DNA of 64,000 nucleotides, from IMG/VR virus record IMGVR_UViG_3300043395_000420, positions 1 to 64,000 of that record. One strand, given 5' to 3'. Positions 28,101-39,700 of the stretch are shown here, piece after piece. Origin of the DNA: a virus. The notes beneath the pieces were generated by a model. That model had not been told where the DNA came from. It worked only from the letters and a program-made list of their open reading frames with translations, and made no database searches. Position 1 is the first letter of the stretch. Each line of letters opens with the position of its first letter. A program made the position numbers and the translations under genes.

Positions 28101-30767
28101 TTTATCCTTATATCTGCCTAGTAATAGATTACGTTTATCATACAGATCTAATAACTTATCATTGCTTATGTCTACGGCAAGTCTTAGTAGTATTTCTTTT
28201 TGTCTTTCTTTTAGGGTAACAAGTTCTGCCATGATTGCAGCACGTCTTGTATAATACTCAGGTTTAATTCTAACCCTAGTATTATTTTTTAACCATTCGT
28301 CTACCTTAGAATCGTAAAGATTTGTACCTGGTTTAATATTATTATCAATTAACTGCTGTACAAATTTCTTATATGCACTTTGAAATACTCCGTTTAGAGG
28401 TATCTCATCATACATATCTTTTGTCTTGGCGTTGTATTCCTGTAGACGTAATGCTATTTCTTTTTCTTTACCTGTCTTTTTGTTACCGTTAGAATCTATC
28501 AATGAAGATAGTTCTTTCTTTTCTCTTTTATATTCTTTTAGTTCATCTAGTAAGTCTTGATTATCTTCATCCTTACTAATGATACGTTCTATGTCTCTTA
28601 TCTTAGTATTAATTGCCGTAAGTCTTTCACCGGCTTCTACACCAATAGCATCTTTTTCTAATAAGAACTGACGTTCGTAGTACTTATCTGTATACTCTGT
28701 ATGAAAATACTTACGTTCCCATTTAAGTTTATCCTGAATAAGTTGTCTTACTACAGAATAGTCTCCGGATTTTGCTGCTTCCTCTTTTGCTTTTTCTATT
28801 TCATAGTTCTTTTGATCTATGTCTTTTTTATAATTCATCCAAGGATTTGCATATGTATAAACCTGCCTTTCCTTGAACTCGTTGTTTTCTCTACCACCTA
28901 CTGTATCTCTAAATGTAACTCTTCTACCAAGTTCTCCAATATTAGTTGGATTAAATCCAGCAGCATCAAGAAATGGCTTAAGAGCAGTTGCATACTCATT
29001 GGCTCTTCTTTGTGCCTTAGTCTGCATGTCTATAAAGTTATTCTTTACGTATAAAGAAAACCCAAAGATTACGGGGTCTTGATTATTCATGTACCCTTCT
29101 AAGAAAGAATTAAGAGCATGAGCATCTCCGAGTTCTCCTTTAAGAAGAGACTCTATCTTTTCAGGAGATAGTTTTAGTTCTTCCCATTCTCTAGTACGTG
29201 CTTTAATTACTTGTTCTGGAGCACCTTTCCTAGTAAGATAGTCTATTGCTGCAGAATACTTAGCATCTATCGCTTCCTTGAGAGGGATAAGAGTATCATA
29301 AAGTATTTCGGAAACACCATCTGTATAAATACTATTTGTATGTACTTTACTTTGTACCATCCTACTACGAATCTTTGTGATAAGTTCGTATAAGGGACTG
29401 TCACTATCTATACCTGCTTTAGTAAATGTCTTCTCATATTCTTTAATAAGAGACTCCATAGTACTAAGTAATGAGTTAAGATAGAACGCAGTTTTTAAAC
29501 TGTCTTTGTTATTTACATCTTTAGATATTTCTCTTAGTTGGTCATTAATACGTTTAACCATAACATCCAACTGCTCTATACTATTAATAAACGCGAGCAT
29601 TTGTGCACGTTCATAGGTAGCATCCTGCATTGCTTGGTCTATACCGTTTTGGTAATCCTTTAGTAAAGATCTAATCTCATTAATATCTTTACGTTCATAT
29701 TCATTCTTAAGTTCCGACAGGGCCTCTCTAAACTCCCGGTCATTCTTCATCTTCTTAAGTATAGATTGTACACGGTCATATAAGCTACTAATAGAACTCT
29801 GTAGTTTACCTTCATTACGAAGAGTAATCAGGTCATTAATAAACTTATCATGGTCAGCCGCATATGCCGCAAAAGAGTCATCAGTTACAAGTTCTTTATT
29901 AAAGGTAAACTGGTTATTGGCCTCAAGCATCCGGGCTAATTCAAGTATAGAAGTAGATTCAGATAAGGAAGATATGTCAATACGTTTACCAAAGATCTTA
30001 CGTAGTGCTTGTTTAATAGCATATAATATTTTCTGTACTATGGATGAGAGATTGGGAGAAATATTTTGTTGTAGAGATTTTAGGTTGGCAATGTCAGTTA
30101 ACGTTTTTACTATCACCTCCTCTGCAAAGTATTCTGTCCCTTCTGCTAATGACGGATGAGATGCCTTGACATCTTCAATAATCTGTGGGTTGGTAGCAGA
30201 TATTTCAGCATATAGTTTATCAAACAAAGATTTATTTTCTTTTGCTAGGGCCCTTACTATAGGATGACAGAACTCATGGAATACTGTCTTAGCCGTTACA
30301 AAGTCATTTACTAGATATACTGTATCTCCTAGAAAGAATCCGGGTTTACCATTTCTATACTGGTTTTCCGGTGCTAGATTAGCAGTTATTGCTGCTGCTT
30401 CTTCTGCTGTAACCATTCTATACTGTATACCAAGGTTACGTTGTAATGCTTCTGCTATTTCTATTATTGCAGATCTAGATGACAGGTCTTTAAATACTTC
30501 TTTGTTTACTACAGGTTCTGCCATTACATGGTAGTCAGGTCTTCCGGCAACATATTGTCCGAAACCATCATACGTATCTGTAACTACTTGTTTATCAGAT
30601 AGTTCTAATGCATAACCTTGATCGTTTAGTACAGGTAAGAACTCTTCAGGGGTAGGTAAACTATCCATGTTACGTTCTTTAGCATAGCGTAATGCCTTGT
30701 CAGCAAGATGCTGTCCAAACTTTTCTTTTAACGCGTCAAATTCCGGGGTGTTTCTACTGCAAGCCAT
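25140..30767 (-). CDS. giant virion cargo/ejection protein with zincin domain (1875 aa)
   Basis: HEFCH..EE zincin motif, long helical body, C-terminal TM-like segment; third gene of the crAss-like giant-protein trio. Confidence 0.8.
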   Translation of the reverse strand: MACSRNTPEFDALKEKFGQHLADKALRYAKERNMDSLPTPEEFLPVLNDQGYALELSDKQVVTDTYDGFGQYVAGRPDYHVMAEPVVNKEVFKDLSSRSAIIEIAEALQRNLGIQYRMVTAEEAAAITANLAPENQYRNGKPGFFLGDTVYLVNDFVTAKTVFHEFCHPIVRALAKENKSLFDKLYAEISATNPQIIEDVKASHPSLAEGTEYFAEEVIVKTLTDIANLKSLQQNISPNLSSIVQKILYAIKQALRKIFGKRIDISSLSESTSILELARMLEANNQFTFNKELVTDDSFAAYAADHDKFINDLITLRNEGKLQSSISSLYDRVQSILKKMKNDREFREALSELKNEYERKDINEIRSLLKDYQNGIDQAMQDATYERAQMLAFINSIEQLDVMVKRINDQLREISKDVNNKDSLKTAFYLNSLLSTMESLIKEYEKTFTKAGIDSDSPLYELITKIRSRMVQSKVHTNSIYTDGVSEILYDTLIPLKEAIDAKYSAAIDYLTRKGAPEQVIKARTREWEELKLSPEKIESLLKGELGDAHALNSFLEGYMNNQDPVIFGFSLYVKNNFIDMQTKAQRRANEYATALKPFLDAAGFNPTNIGELGRRVTFRDTVGGRENNEFKERQVYTYANPWMNYKKDIDQKNYEIEKAKEEAAKSGDYSVVRQLIQDKLKWERKYFHTEYTDKYYERQFLLEKDAIGVEAGERLTAINTKIRDIERIISKDEDNQDLLDELKEYKREKKELSSLIDSNGNKKTGKEKEIALRLQEYNAKTKDMYDEIPLNGVFQSAYKKFVQQLIDNNIKPGTNLYDSKVDEWLKNNTRVRIKPEYYTRRAAIMAELVTLKERQKEILLRLAVDISNDKLLDLYDKRNLLLGRYKDKDNQTSGLEMPEDVLAEIKKLDEQILEEKEKSITRTGLTKIEQKEYQELVTQRIKYRRGDTTAKLTIDEQDRLEELEKLVLNRRNKSLDPLDKALLVEETKINEEILTKYTELDELQKTEPTSDYLDIMNSFYNYFGDDIQQAFQALNIREFDATNIDDIILENTAFVDMMRANSKEFREWFDANHILKDVYSKQFRLSSPRYVRTSAWNITRPADSNMYESTVITEPDGSKRTIPGIPTSKYFTYQVKRDPAAGYMTEKVSIRQAIAMGDITKANWDGYNWLPKLDVRNDDGTPDTTYVNNEFFKLKNSDVNTYNLLMKLIDLHLELQEDKAPEERLGLEIPRFRMSNLEAVQNKDFIDEAGNLVKQNPISTFSQKVKEFFQRTADDQERGFNAQERIEYAKLDMFDDQVNKIPIQGKYYLSLDDTSLDVLTGTMRYMFSLERNAKLREMSPVARTLQNLVNDPEQLDIINQYQKKNMINRAIEKPLNKKGLSTRAQAINAFIEREFEGKYNTGIFSESKLANSIATSMLKTSALGFFAVNIESAVRNSLSARIQSVIEGAAGRFYSNRDYAKGTIWSNKTMAEISFQIYKYGPKSLDVQLTEIFDPTSGRFEEKLGENLTRTFAKDLLEPANLLTNTRKWTELNANLSLFGAMMHAQLVEITIDGEKKMIPYIEAWELKDGNIQLREGIDPEWGIGGSKFKMYRNKIQAVSNNVNGAFGKFDYSQADRFFFYRQIMFLKRFFLRMLLNRFQFRGNLLDPKARYDVGLNDSYLGYYIEAIRALKEGIATGGKSFSSLLPEQKQAFAKVIMEAGILVGMSLMIALLFGFDADDEDKYEKLRKKSGALPLNMGIFETVEDPEHPFKLGGYMSNSMLALMLKTRQEQMNWIPLPGVGLNNYIEMLTFKSLAVTQTAGNLVKLLGQLVDLAQGDDKAYYVRDVGPYSFQKEGSPKFLNTGFKFFGITGTQTDPILATKNFISIRNMQGGG

Positions 30768-33700
30768 TATATACTACAACTTAAAATATCATTTAATATG
30801 TCATTAGTTACTTCGGTGTCTGATACTACCTGGTCTCTTTGAACTTTTTCCGACATCTCTACAGAACCTTTAGCAAATACTCGTGGTAAAGAATTAGGAT
30901 TTATATAACCAAATGCATCATACAGCCTCTCAGACAAATATACGAAAGTTTTAGGTGCGGATTGTGGATTTGCCGGTACATTTTCTTCAACAGAACCTAT
31001 AACCATTCCATTTTCTTCCCATCTATTAATCATAGACTGACCCATACCTCTAAAATTAAATCTTAATACTTTGTCAGGATTAAGTTTCATTTTTTCTACT
31101 AGGGCCTGAATAGCAGCATCTATCTGTTGAATGTTATAGTTATACTCTTCTTCAGTTTCTTCTACTAGTAAACCTGAAGGTGTAATAGTATTAGTTGTTT
31201 TATTCAATGTTCCCTTTGGTTTTCCTGTTTTAGGATCTACGGGTATTGCTAAGAACTTAGTAGGTATTCCAAAATAGTTATCTGGTCCTAGACCTGCTAA
31301 AACGGCTGATGTTTTATTTAGATCTGTAGTATTAGCAGTACGGCCAGGTTTTGCCATTACGGTATCAGTTACAAATATTACATTAGGATTAGCCTCTTTA
31401 ATCTTTTGAATATCAACAGGTTTAAGATTATCAGGAGTTAATGTAAAATCATATACAGGTATGCCGGTTCCGTTTTGTAAACCTACCATGAACCCATTAG
31501 GATTAGATGCTTGTGTAGGTTGAGTAATAGTAGACTTTGATACTATTTGCTGGTTAGTACTTACAGAAATTTGAGTAGGTTTAGACCAAGTACCAATAAC
31601 TTGTCCATCTACTGTAATTTCAGAGTAATTATATCCAGCTTGTTTCATAGCATCATATAATCTTTTTTCTCCTGTGTTATAGTCACTAGCGTCAGTATAG
31701 GCTTTGTTATCTGTAAGAATAGTAGCACCTGCTTCAACAGCCTTAATAGCTTCAGCTATTGTTCTATCTTGTTGAGTTTTTTGCTGTTCTTCAGTACCTC
31801 TTTTACCACCAATAGATACAAAAATTACATCATTAACTGAATAGTTACCTGTATTAGCAAAATTACCAGCTTGTTCTCTATATAAATCTGTAGAACTGCC
31901 CTTTATACCTTCTCCAAATCCTATATATTGTGTAGCTATGCTGGCTTTAATAACTGCTTTTTTATCAGCAGCTTGTATAGGTTTTACCGTAAATATATTT
32001 TTCTTAGTAAATTTATCACCTGTACTTACAGGAGCTTGTGATTGAGATGGTTGTACTACTTCAAATTCTATAGCATAAGGATAATTACCCACATGTCTAT
32101 CTGTAACAGATTTAACCCAACCTTCTTTTTGCCAAGTAGCATCTTGATACTCTTGTGTAAAAGGAGATACTTTAGTAATTCTAGTATAAACTTGTCTACC
32201 TGTATTATCAGTCATCCGGATAACTTTACCAACTAAGTCTTCAATTTTAGAAAGATTATAGTCTTTCATCATTCTAGAAACATCAGTCTTAGCTCTAGTA
32301 GTTCTAGTTCTATCTCCAGAAATAATAAGATCCATGGTAGATTTATCTTTAAACTGTGGTTGCATAGTTCTTGTTTTCCACACATCTCCTTCTTTATATT
32401 TAGAACCATCGGCAAAATTTTGTTCAATAGCTGGTAAACTATCAGCTACAATAAACTCATTACTTACAGGTTCTTGTGCAGGTTCTTCACCAACAATTTC
32501 TGGAGTACCTAATTTTTGACTAGTAGCAATATAGACCATATCAGTTGCTCTAGATACAGCCACATATTTTAATTCTTGCTGTACGTTTTTGTCTTTGAAA
32601 CTGTTAATAGTATCATCTAATATCAATACTTTAGTATAAGTACCTCCTTGAGATTTGTGAATAGTATGAGCATACCCGTAGTCAAAAGTTTGATTAAATA
32701 AAGTTTTACCATTTTGAATAACAGGTTTCATTGAAGTTATGGCATTTTCATAGTCAGATGCTTTTTGAAAATATGATGCTGCAGCACGAATATCTCCATC
32801 TTTTTTTAACCTAGCCCCTGCTTCTCTTAAATCTTTAATAGTTTTTGATAATCTTATTAGTTTAGAATCATCATCATTAACATCTGCTACAAATATTACT
32901 TCTGGTTTTTCATCGGCTTTTCCTAATAGATTTTGAATAGTTACCTTATAACCTTTAAATTCAACTTTATCACCCAATAAATCTAAAGTTACAGTAGAAG
33001 GTTTTATATCTAATACTTCATAGTCACCACTATTCATTATTTTATACTGACCTGTTCTATAATTTTTATCAAAGTTACTTCTTCCCATTATCAGGTCTCC
33101 GACAACAAGTTGCTGTTGAGCAGCATCTCCAAAAAGTAATTTTCTAACTTCTTTATTTTTAGCAGTTACTACAGCATTAGTAGCAGATAAAATTCTAAAG
33201 TATAACTTATTTTTTGCAAACTCTGGACTTAAGAAGTTTTCTTTAACAGCTTCGTTTACAAATGTATTGTTATCACCATAAACTACTCCTATACCATTAA
33301 CTACTTTTGTTTTATAGTTAAGTTCTTTACCATTACGCAAATTAGTAGACTCTTCTAAAATAGGGTTGTCTCCTGTTCTTTCTACCTTAGTTAATTGCAA
33401 CTGGGTTCCTTTATCAAAAACTTTTGATAGGTTATCTTGTCCTACAGGTCTTAACTGTGCAGGATCTCCCATGTATATAATTTTAAGATTAGAATTTTTC
33501 TTTTTTTCTTCTTGAATAAAAGCAAATAAACCATCAGCAACCATTGATGCTTCGTCTAGTATAAGCACGGTAGACTCGTCTGGTTTTAATACACCTTTAT
33601 TTTGTTTAGCAAAGTTTAGTTTTGCAAGATCATACTCTTCTTCAAAATTAAAATCAGGATTTAAACCAAACAATGAATGTAATGTATACACTCTTACATC

Positions 33701-36700
33701 TGGATTTTTAAGTTTTGTTACAGCATTTGCTCTATTAGTAGGAGATGTATAAATAATAGAATCTAATGATACCCTTTGCAGGTATGCATCAAATATTTTC
33801 ATAATACTAGTCTTACCTGTACCGGCATATCCTTTTAAAGTAATCTGATTATCATAAGCAGCAGGGTTTTTATAAAACTTTTCTAGTTCTAATAAAGCCT
33901 CTGTCTGTTGATCATTTAATTTAAACGGTGTGCTAATAGTAACACCGTCACTAAATGTCATAGTATTAGCAGGTTGTGATTGATTAGGACTAATTTGACT
34001 AGACTTAGGCTGTCTGAATGGTTGTTTATTTTGAGGATCAATATTTGGATTATTATTATAAGCAGCTAATAATTTTTCTTTTGCTGACTTTTTACCCTTA
34101 TAGTTTAATACATCAACACCAACACCGTTTTCTACTTTTATTTTATACATTGCTCCAAAGTACTTATAGTCATCTTCAAAAGATGTAGGTGTTTCTTCAA
34201 ATAATTCAAATATGCTTTCTTCTTCAGTTTCAAACTTGTAACCTGTTTTCTCTAGAATATCTACAAACTCTTTAATAACAGCATCTTTTTTAGAACTAAG
34301 TACAACATTTGCAAAGTTTGGATCATAGAAAGTTCTAAATCTCTTCGCAATATTACTTTTTGCTTGAGAGTTAGTTCCTATAAATATCTTTCTATACTGA
34401 TCAAATAATAGTTCTGTTAGTTTATTATTTGAATTAGGTACTGCTTCTAACTGAGTTACGGTATCAATAAACTTACTAACTGGTTCAGCTAGTAGTTCTG
34501 ATATAACTTTGCTATCTGCAATACTTAATATACTAAATGTACTATTAGGATTACTTCCACTTTGTAAGTATGCAACAACATCAAATCTATTAAAGAACTT
34601 ACTGATATTCTCAGCATCAATGGCAGATATACCAAACTTATCTTGTAGAATACTAGGGTTCTTTAGTTCATTTAAGTTTTCAGAATATAGATTCTTCTGG
34701 TCAATTTCTAATAATGTATCCCTAAACCGTAATGTATTTACGTTTGCTTTAACATAACTAGAATATGATGATGCCATACTAGAGAATACATCTACTTCTA
34801 ATGCAGATAATAGATCATAGTATTCTGTAATCTTTTTGAAAGCCGGATTAGATACAATTTGATCATACTGATATGCATAAGAGTTATTTCCGGTAAATAT
34901 CCAATACGGTAGATTTATATTATTAAGAGCATGATTACGTAAATATGTTTCATACGCCCAAAGTTTTACAGTTTCCTTATTAATGGTGGTAGATTCACCC
35001 TTACGTAGTAAAGTTTTGTCTAGATATTTTTCAGATAGTTCTTTTTCTATCTTCATGTACTCTGCACTTAATGCAACAACAGAGTATTTATAGTTAGGTA
35101 ATGCTCTTAAACTCTCTCTTTCATATAAGTATTTCTTGTACATATCTGCTTCATTTACTCCGGTAAACACATTAGCAGGTAAAGGAGCAACATCTGCATC
35201 TAAATACTGTAACTCATTGGAATAGAACTTGTTATATAAGTTTTCAGCTATAGAGTTTTGATCAACATATATCTTTCCGTCTTTATAAATAGCTGCTCTT
35301 CTTGCATAAGGAACTGTAGCAACATCTAACTCAGAGTTTAATACATAACTTCTATAGTGTTTATTACTAGGTAATGTAAAGTACCAGTTATAAAATATAT
35401 AAGGACTAAGTTGCTTCTTGAAATTATCAATTACGGAAGCCTTATCAAATGTTACATTTACTCTAGTTTCTCCCATTCTCATACCACTTATATAAGATTC
35501 AATATTGGGTTTAGCAAAATATGAATTTATAGAAGTTGAGTTACTTAAAGGGAAGAAAGGTTCGTATAAACCAATCATAAACTCTTGTATTTTAAAACTA
35601 CCGATAGGTGAGTTTTTAATAATACTTTCATAAACATCAGGATCCAAACCTTTAAACTGAGATGCTTTAATATCTTTTCTTAACTGAACTCTAGCATCGT
35701 GTAAAGAACTACTTCTTGTAGTATCAAATTTAGTAGCCTGCTTAATCTCTGTTAAACCTTTAGACATCTCCAGGATTTCCATAAAATGTAAAAATACATT
35801 TCTATCAAAATCTGTATATACGTCTTTGGTTTTATCATCATTAAGGTTATCTAAATTATCTTCTAATGCCTTTTCATTAAAATAGTTTTCATCAAGATTA
35901 GTAAGAGCAATACGGAAATAGTCGTATAGTTTATTTTTAGCAACTCTTACTTTACCATTAATAGCATTGTATCTATAGTTCTTTGAGTTATCAGGATAAA
36001 AACTTTCTTCATTTAATCCAAATCCGTATTTAGAATTTTCTCCAAACAAAATACTATCTCTAGCATCAGTATTATGCTGATTAAGTTCAGACTCTTTTCC
36101 TAGTACACTAGAGAAAGTTCCTTTTCTAGAACGAGCATCTGTAATATACTCACGTATAATTGGTTGTGATAAGAATAATACAGCTTGGTTAATGGGTACC
36201 CCGGTTTGAATTAAGAATAATAATACAGGAGTAAGTTCTTTATTACCCTGTAAGTCAAAGATCCATTCGTCTTTTTCTACGTCAACCCAACCATTAATCA
36301 ACTGGTTAAACAAGTCAGATATCTTATAGAAGTTATTTTTATCATAACTATGTGATAATGAGATTCTTTGTTCTCCATTTACATTCATAGTATTATGAGG
36401 TAATAATAACACATTACGCATTAAATCACCTGCTTCATTAATTACTTTTACATCTGACATGTAAGCACCGATACGGTTAAATACTACGTTAAATGTATTA
36501 TCTACTGCACCAATACCAAGGGCTTGTTTACCTACAGAGTTATACTCTAATTTAGCAAGGTTATACAAAGGCTCATATATACGAGTAGGAGAGAATCCGT
36601 TTGGTTCTCCGTTAAATCTTTTCTTTGACGAGTATACACGAGTTTTGTCTCTGAGTTTTTCTGATATAGGTTTAACAATAGTTGTACTATTAGGGGTAAT

Positions 36701-39700
36701 TAAACTTACAAAGTTTTCAGGATCTAATATAAGATCTTTAGTAGCAAGTAATAACTGGTTTTCATATGCAGCCTCATTATCCATTTTCTTAATGAAGGCC
36801 TCTTCTGATGTAGCAAGATTATAGTTTTTAAGTATTTCTATAATTTCACTTTCAGTATAACCCATATCAAACCATTCTTCTCCTAGAGCAGCAGTAAGTA
36901 TTGTATTTAATAGTTTATTAGACTGTTCAATATCAGTAGAGAATCTTTTAACAGTAGGACTTACATCACGCGTTAAAGCTCTACGTACAACATCTTTATC
37001 ATATACTAAGTTACCTAGTTCATCTACAGTACTATTAATTACTTTAAACTCTTCAACTTCTATTGCTTTAGATTTTAAATTTTGGTATAGTTCTTTAAGG
37101 GCTGCTTCACCTCTAACATTTGCTATAGTTAGTTTTGAATTACCTTTTAGACCTTCCCATCTTAGTACTGGCATTTGAATACTAAGTTTATCAATGTCAA
37201 AGTCAGCACCAGACTTAGCAACAATTTCAGTTGCTGGTATGATCATATTACCTGCTTCTTCTGGTAAGAATTCTGCAACATGCATTACTTCCATAGAGTT
37301 CAAACCTTGTACAGGAATACGAACCCCTACCATAGTTATCATGTCACGGTTTTTAGATAACCATTTCTCATCTCTAATAATACTGTTTAGAGCATCTAGT
37401 TTAGAAATGTTTTCTGCTTTTGCTTTTCTTGTAACCTCGGGTAAACTAAGTAACTTTTTAAAATGACCTTGTATAGATATTTTAACCTCCATACCATTAC
37501 CAGGAGTATAGAACTTCAAATCATTTGTACCAGAGTACTTTCTTCTTTCTTCTTCTGTTGCATTTCTAAACTTACCTGCCTTTTCAAATCCAGCACTTGA
37601 TGCCTGAATTAATGCTTCTCCGGTAACTTTTTGACGGATTAATCTTTTATTTACTACAGCCGTTAAAAGTTTTTCTATCTGTGAACTAAAGTTAGACAGA
37701 TCAAGATTAACCATAGGGGCACTCTTTAATGCATCTATGAACTCTAACTCGTTATCAGATATTTCTTGACGGGTAAGTTGTTTTTCTATAAAGTCAATAA
37801 ACTTAGTAAGATCTTTAGGACCTTTATCTGTCCAACCTAATTCTTCAACAAGTTGTTTTTTCTTAAACTCTGTAAGTTGTTTTAGAGCAGACTCATATCT
37901 TAAAATCTTAGTATATAGTTTAGACTCTGATTTTTTTACAGATTCATCTTTTATAGCATTCCATGCATCATATCTTTCTGTTAAGTCTGTAATTTCTGGT
38001 TTAAAATCTACAGGTACTCCATTTTCAAAAGAACCTTCTTCTACAAGTTTACGTAACTGAGTAGAGAATATAATCTTCTCTTTAAACTCTGGCGCAACTT
38101 CTACTTGGTCTTTTAAATAATCTAAATAGATAACGTTCTTGCTAAAGGTAAATTCTGGTTCATTTAAAGCCAACCAACCTTCTTTGTTTGCATAAAACTT
38201 ATCAAAGTTTCCATCATTAGTAACAGTTGCAAGTTTAGATCCTGATGCAAATACAGCATAATCTATATCTTGCTCTACCATTTTATTATGTAGTTGTTCT
38301 AGTTTAGTACCTTTAACTACTGTAGGGATTAATGGCATTAATGAAAACTTATGAAATGCTTCTACAGGTAAACCGGTTGTAGCCAATGTTCCCCAGTACT
38401 GCATCTTTTTAATAGGAAAGAAGTTTGCAATATCTTCTGCAGAGACATCATCTCCATTTAGAATTCTAACATATAACTTTTCATGAAGAGTTGTCCATTT
38501 ATCTAAACCTCTCATCATCAATCTATAAGCATCAAAACTAATCCATCCTTGAGCATCTCCTTCTTTCATTCCAGCATATGCATCATCAAATATATTATCT
38601 ATATTTTGCATTGCTTTATTAATAGTATCCTGAGACGCGTTGGTTTTAGCAAGACGTTTTCTTTCTTTATCTTTTGCTGCTTTCTTATACTCATCAATAT
38701 ATACAGATGTGCTTACTACATCGGCTAATACTGCAGTATTAAATGTACCATTATAATCACGTTGACCTACAGTTGTACCATCTGCTTTTGTTTTGGGTCC
38801 GGTGTACCATGCAGATTCGGCATACTTACCTTTCTTAGCAGGTTTATTTACATAGTTTTGGAAATGTATGTCTGTTCTAGGAGTTTCTCCAGTTGATCCG
38901 ATACCGGCATTACGTTTATGATACTCTTCTTTTGAGTGATTATATATACCAGGATCTCCATAGTATACAAGACCTGTTTCAATATTATGTAATAACTGAT
39001 TAGCTGTATATGCTTCTATCAATTGACGGCTAAGTTCTTCTCGAGTATACTCTTTTGTGTCTCCTACAATTTTTAATATATTAGGAGATAATAAATATCT
39101 AGAATCAAAAATACCTTCTTTTTTAAACTTATCTATTACTTGTTGATATTGATTCTCTAAGTAACTATTTACCTGATTCTGATATGTATTAGCAAACTTT
39201 TCATTAGTATTTAATAGGTTCTTGAAATCTGCTGCTGTGGTAATAGTTCCCTTATCAATAAGGTTATAAATTTCTGTTTTTTGATCTTCGGTTAAGATAT
39301 CATCAAACATGATAAACTTAGAACCTACTTCTGCAAGAGTTACAGGTTTACCTTTCTTTTCATATAAAACTATATTTTTAGCATCAGGATCTGTTTTTGC
39401 CTTATGAATTCTTTCAACTTCAGAACTTAAATAACCCATGTATGCAGCAAGAACTTTAGATTTTCCTGTACTAGATGTTGGATCTTTTGATGCAAACATT
39501 TTAGGATTAACATAGTGCTTTGATCCATCTGCGTGTATAATCTGATATAGGAAAGTACTACTCTTACCTGCGTGACGTGTTGCTTCAGATGTACCATAGA
39601 TCATCATCATATAGAAGTCTTGTAGCATTTTAGTAGTCATATCCGAGTCTGATGACTTAAGACCTACTAAATCTATTTGCTCTCCTATACGCATCTTTGT

